Assembly: GCA_963795085.1 (NCBI GenBank)
Contig: CAWCFX010000006.1
Coordinates: 256,001 to 320,000, forward strand
From: an uncultured Gemmatimonadales bacterium
Lineage (GTDB): Bacteria; Gemmatimonadota; Gemmatimonadetes; Gemmatimonadales; GWC2-71-9
Direction: 5' to 3'
DNA: 64,000 bases
Every line of letters begins with the position of its first letter. The stretch's first letter is position 1. The notes under the pieces were generated by a model. That model saw only the letters and a program-made list of their open reading frames with translations. It was not told where the DNA came from and made no database searches. Shown one piece after another: positions 60,114-64,000 of this stretch. Both the position numbers and the translations under genes were made by a program.

Positions 60114-60811
60114 CGGAGCGCCCGCTTCAGGTGATCGACCTCGGGCGCCGCCCCTACGGGGAGGTGCTGGAGCTGCAACGGGATCTCTGCCGGCGCCGGG
60201 TGGCCGGCGAAACCCGGGACGATATCCTGCTCCTGGTGGAACATCCGCCGGTGGTGACCCTGGGCCGCGGGACCCGGGAGAGCAGCCTGGTGGTGCCGGT
60301 GGGCGGCCTGGAGGCGAAAGGGTACGAAGTCTTCGAGGTGGAGCGCGGCGGCGACGTGACCCTCCATGAGCCGGGCCAGCTGGTCGGCTATCCCATTCTT
60401 GATCTCAACCACCATCGGCCGGACCTGCACTGGTATCTGCGGGAGCTGGAAGGCGCCCTCATCACCGCGCTGGCCACGCTGGACATTCCCGCCGAACGGC
60501 GGCCCGGCCTGACCGGCGTGTGGACCGGGGGCCGCAAGATCGCGAGTATCGGCATCCACGTGAAGCAGTGGGTCACCTTCCACGGGTTCGCCCTCAACGT
60601 GATCAACGGCCTCGCCGGGTTCCAGTTGATGGTACCCTGCGGAATCGAGAACGTCGTGATGACTTCGGTACAGCAGGAGCGCCCGGTCCCTGCGGCGCCA
60701 ATGGAGACCTGGAACTTCACTCGCGCGGCTGTGGTGGCTGCCCTGGGACGCCATTTCGACCGTTCCCCGGTGGAGGGCAGCCTTCCATCACTCCCCCCGT
60801 CGCATGTCTGA
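60110..60811 (+). CDS. lipB: Octanoyltransferase
   Basis: EHPPVVTLG, RGGDVTLH.PGQLVGY, KIASIG, HGFALN and PCG. Confidence 0.95.
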   Translation: MTERPLQVIDLGRRPYGEVLELQRDLCRRRVAGETRDDILLLVEHPPVVTLGRGTRESSLVVPVGGLEAKGYEVFEVERGGDVTLHEPGQLVGYPILDLNHHRPDLHWYLRELEGALITALATLDIPAERRPGLTGVWTGGRKIASIGIHVKQWVTFHGFALNVINGLAGFQLMVPCGIENVVMTSVQQERPVPAAPMETWNFTRAAVVAALGRHFDRSPVEGSLPSLPPSHV

Positions 60812-61427
60812 GCGGCTCGACGCCAGGCCGGGGGACCGGCCCCGGCAACCGCCGGGACAGGTTCTGACCCGCAAGTGGCCTGTCCTGCACTCCGGCACGG
60901 TGCCGCGGGTCGACCGCGCCGCATGGACCCTTGAAATCAGCGGCGCCGTGGACTGCCCGTTTCGCCTGACGTGGGACGAACTCGGGGCGATGCCGAGGCG
61001 GGAGGTGCTGTGCGACATGCACTGTGTCACCCAGTGGAGCCGGCTGGACAATCTCTTTGAAGGCGTTCCCCTGGAGGGGATCCTGGCCCGCGCCGCGATC
61101 CGGCCTGCCGCGAAGCACGTAATGGTCCATGCCGCCGATTATACCACTAATCTTGCCCTGGACGACCTCGTCCGTCCCGGCAACCTGCTGGCCCTCCGGC
61201 ACGGCGGCGAGGATCTCACGCCCGAGCACGGGGGTCCGGTCCGGCTCCTGGTTCCCCATCTCTATCTCTGGAAGAGCGCGAAATGGGTGACCGGGTTCGA
61301 GTTCATGGAGAAGGACGCCCCGGGATTCTGGGAGCAGAATGGCTACCACATGAGGGGAGACCCCTGGCAGGAGGAGCGATTCGGCCGTCCTGACCCGGCC
61401 AGGATGCGGCGGGGCCCCCGCAACTGA
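60804..61427 (+). CDS. Sulfite oxidase-like molybdopterin oxidoreductase
   Basis: HCVTQWS, HGGPVRL, WKSAKW and GFWE..GYH..GDPW. Confidence 0.9.
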   Translation: MSERLDARPGDRPRQPPGQVLTRKWPVLHSGTVPRVDRAAWTLEISGAVDCPFRLTWDELGAMPRREVLCDMHCVTQWSRLDNLFEGVPLEGILARAAIRPAAKHVMVHAADYTTNLALDDLVRPGNLLALRHGGEDLTPEHGGPVRLLVPHLYLWKSAKWVTGFEFMEKDAPGFWEQNGYHMRGDPWQEERFGRPDPARMRRGPRN

Positions 61428-61537
61428 GGCAGGCCTTCCACCAGCTTGCGCTTTCCACCTTGATGATTTAGCCCCACCCTCCTCGGTTCCTCCCTGACAG
61501 CCTTGTTTTTGAGTCCCGATCTGGCGTTTTTCATAAT

Positions 61538-62122
61538 ATGGCGGATGCAATCGAGCGCAGATCGCGGGACTCCCAGATTGACGAACGCGTCGCAGTGATA
61601 CTGCGGGCGGCGGCAAGCTGGGCCAAGGAAGCCCCTCCGGCTCTGGCCCCCCCGGTTCGCGCGGTCTGTATCCGGCTCGCGGAGATGGTAGCGGACCAGC
61701 GCCACTACCTGGCCCCGCTGCCGGAGCCGCAGGATTCAGAGCGCCAGGCCATCCTGGCCGGGGTCGCCGAACGGCTGGCGTCTCCCTCGGTCGTCGGGGG
61801 GCTGGAGAAGGAGTTGTCGGACCTGACCGACGTGGAGCTCAAGTCCACCGGTTCCTGGGCCATCAAGCCCGCGGCCCAGGCCCAGTGGGTGGACACGGCG
61901 ATCCGTTTCCTCGAGGCCCGGGCCAACAGCCTCACCGGATCCGACCAGCCGGACTCCTACTGGGCCGAGGACGTGGTGGCCGGATTGATCGCATCAGTGC
62001 GGGCGATTCTCGGGGTCGAAGAACTGCACGCGCGCGCCGACGCGGTCAACCCGGGCACCGCAAACCGGGATACCCCGGCCGGGGGGCTGGATATTATCGA
62101 GGACGAAACGGACGATGGCTAA
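61538..62122 (+). CDS. Hypothetical helical protein
   Basis: 194-aa ORF with gene-like codon usage, downstream of an AT-rich upstream region. Confidence 0.65.
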   Translation: MADAIERRSRDSQIDERVAVILRAAASWAKEAPPALAPPVRAVCIRLAEMVADQRHYLAPLPEPQDSERQAILAGVAERLASPSVVGGLEKELSDLTDVELKSTGSWAIKPAAQAQWVDTAIRFLEARANSLTGSDQPDSYWAEDVVAGLIASVRAILGVEELHARADAVNPGTANRDTPAGGLDIIEDETDDG

Positions 62123-62170
62123 CGGCTAATGGCTAACGGCTATGGAATGGCTAATGGCTAATGGCTAATG
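62115..62170. repeat. Heptamer tandem repeat AA(T/C)GGCT, about 7 copies
   Basis: atggct aacggct aatggct aacggct atgg aatggct aatggct aatggct. It fills the gap between two convergent stop codons. Confidence 0.88.
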
Positions 62171-63331
62171 ACCCGAAGGTACGACCTCCCCACCCACGCA
62201 CCGACCCCGCCCCGTCCGCTTTGCCGTCAACAGCCTCCCATCCGCGATTGCCATCAGGTCCTTCGGGGCTGTGGTGCCGGCATCATCCGGGACGCCGGCA
62301 ATCCCCGCGCTGAAATTCAGATTGAGCACCTGGCCGCCCCCGATATCGATGGGCGAGGCGGCGATCTCCCTCCTCAACTCTTCTACGGCGGCCAGGGCCG
62401 CGTCACGCGCGGTGCCGGGCATGAGGATGACGAACTCTTCCCCGCCGTATCGGGCCACCATGTCGGTCCGCCGCATGGCGCGGCTCAGGAGCTGGGCCAT
62501 CTGCCGCAGGGCGCTGTCACCCAGGGCATGGCCATGCGCGTCGTTGATCTGCTTGAAGTGATCGATGTCGAGGAGCGCCAGGGAGAGAGACTGGCCGTCA
62601 CGGGCCGCGGACTGCATGGCCCCGGCCAGCGTCCGGTCGAAATGGCCCCGGTTGAAGAGTCCGGTGAGCCGGTCACGGGAAGCGAGATACAGCAGCCGCT
62701 GGGCCCGTCGCACGATGGTGACCGCCAGGATGGTGGCGATGACCAGCAGGATGAGCCGGGTCCCGAGGTCCACTGAGGAATAGGGCCCGGCGGCCGGCAC
62801 ATACGCGGGGTCGTGCAGGTCGTACCGCAGCGCGGCGAACACCCAGAGCAGGCCGTACTCGGCCACGGCCAGGAGTCCCGTCACGAGGCAGATACGCGCA
62901 TCGTAGCGCAGGCTGGTCGCGACGATGGCCAGGAAATACATCTCGAAGGTCACCTTCGAGTTGAGCGCGATGAGCGGCGAGGCGACGGCCAGGAAACTGG
63001 CCAGCGCCAGGGTGACCATGGAGACATCGAACGCGCTGGTCCCGAACCCGATCCAGGGCCGCCACCACCCCCGCCGCAGCACCAGCCAGAAGCCGAGCGC
63101 CGCGATCCCGGCGGCGAGGGTGACCGAGAAGCCGGTGACGTGCATCGGCTGGTCATGGTAGTTGAGAATATTCCAGGTGGGGGCGATCAGCAGCAGGCAC
63201 ATGGCGACGACCCGGACCCGGGCCACCACCAGCTCGCCCTCGATGCCGGCGGCCGCGAGGGCGGGGTCCGGCCGGGACCAGATCGGCGGCGGCGATGCGC
63301 CCCCCGTGTAGCTGTGCGTGGGCATGGTCAC
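62165..63331 (-). CDS. Membrane-bound diguanylate cyclase
   Basis: About six TMs, DRLTGLFNR, DIDHFK, RRTD I-site and RYGGEEF. Confidence 0.93.
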   Translation of the reverse strand: MTMPTHSYTGGASPPPIWSRPDPALAAAGIEGELVVARVRVVAMCLLLIAPTWNILNYHDQPMHVTGFSVTLAAGIAALGFWLVLRRGWWRPWIGFGTSAFDVSMVTLALASFLAVASPLIALNSKVTFEMYFLAIVATSLRYDARICLVTGLLAVAEYGLLWVFAALRYDLHDPAYVPAAGPYSSVDLGTRLILLVIATILAVTIVRRAQRLLYLASRDRLTGLFNRGHFDRTLAGAMQSAARDGQSLSLALLDIDHFKQINDAHGHALGDSALRQMAQLLSRAMRRTDMVARYGGEEFVILMPGTARDAALAAVEELRREIAASPIDIGGGQVLNLNFSAGIAGVPDDAGTTAPKDLMAIADGRLLTAKRTGRGRCVGGEVVPSGH

Positions 63332-63573
63332 GCCCGGCTCCAGCCGCCGGCAGGCGAAATCGGGCGCATCACTCTCCGCACGTGGGGAATCAGGTGGTAC
63401 CGCCGGGCGGAATGCCTGGTGAGAGCATTCCGGCGCGCCGATGGCTCAATGTAGGCGAACACCGGGCCCCCGCAAGATTTCGCAGGTTCCCCCCGGCTCC
63501 CTTGCCAGCCCCGGCCTCCACTTCCACTATTGACCTCCCCCGCACGGCGTTCATCCACCCACCAAGGCCGGCC

Positions 63574-64000
63574 ATGGTGATTCGACTTCGATTCCTTGCG
63601 ACCGCGTTCCTCATCCTGGTGGCGTCCGGCTTCGCCGATGCATCCCGGCCCATTGACCCCGAGATGGTCGCGAGAATCCGGGAGGAGGGGCTGCAGCGTT
63701 CCCGGGTGATGGACTACGAGAGCTACATGACCGATGTCCTGGGTGCGCGGCTGACGCTCTCCCAGGACATGACGCGGGCCCGGCGATGGGTCGAGGGCGA
63801 GCTGACTCGCATGGGCCTTGCCAACGTGGCGGCCGAGCCGTTCATGGACTTCGGCGTGACCTGGGACAACGAGTTCTTCTCCCTCCACCTGCTGGAGCCG
63901 GACTACACCCCGATGGTGGGGTATCCCATCTCGCACACCCCGGGCACCGACGGGCCCCGGGTGGCCTCGGCGGTCGTCGTGGACCTGCTGGTGAGGGAAG
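63574..64000 (+). CDS. M28/carboxypeptidase Q-like secreted peptidase, N-terminal part only
   Basis: ATG 63574 and a signal peptide, then RIREEGLQRSRVM....YMTDVLGARLT.S. The frame is open to the window end. Confidence 0.7.
   Translation, partial: MVIRLRFLATAFLILVASGFADASRPIDPEMVARIREEGLQRSRVMDYESYMTDVLGARLTLSQDMTRARRWVEGELTRMGLANVAAEPFMDFGVTWDNEFFSLHLLEPDYTPMVGYPISHTPGTDGPRVASAVVVDLLVRE

Overview
A GC-rich (visibly G/C-dominated), gene-dense bacterial window. The gene content resembles Gemmatimonadota, which is an inference and not a database result. From left to right it holds: (1) an adhesion region with a >1248-aa Ig-repeat lipoprotein cut by the window edge, a PAS-GGDEF-EAL protein, and a chaperone-usher-type pilus locus of three DUF4402-like pilins, a chaperone and an usher, preceded by two sigma54 promoters; (2) an M28 peptidase, two paralogous beta-propeller lipoproteins with a TonB-dependent receptor, and DUF4019 and DUF5916 proteins; (3) malate synthase and a SodC-fold lipoprotein that has lost most metal ligands; (4) the four-gene ligase-associated DNA-damage module (exonuclease, ATP-dependent ligase, frameshifted Lhr-like helicase, PdeM) running directly into cydAB; (5) a POT transporter, a hybrid kinase and glycosyltransferase cluster, and thiO; (6) a split-DUF4331/TPR/HupE-UreJ/DUF6702/ECF sigma/RskA cluster; (7) lipA-pdhABC-lpdA-lipB with intergenic repeats, including a ~133-bp tandem unit; (8) a diguanylate cyclase and a partial M28 peptidase. 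I saw no rRNA, tRNA, CRISPR array or transposase. The best candidates for a poorly described system are the sigma54-driven DUF4402 pilus locus and the DUF4331-HupE/UreJ-ECF cluster. Family names come from motif recognition and need HMM confirmation.
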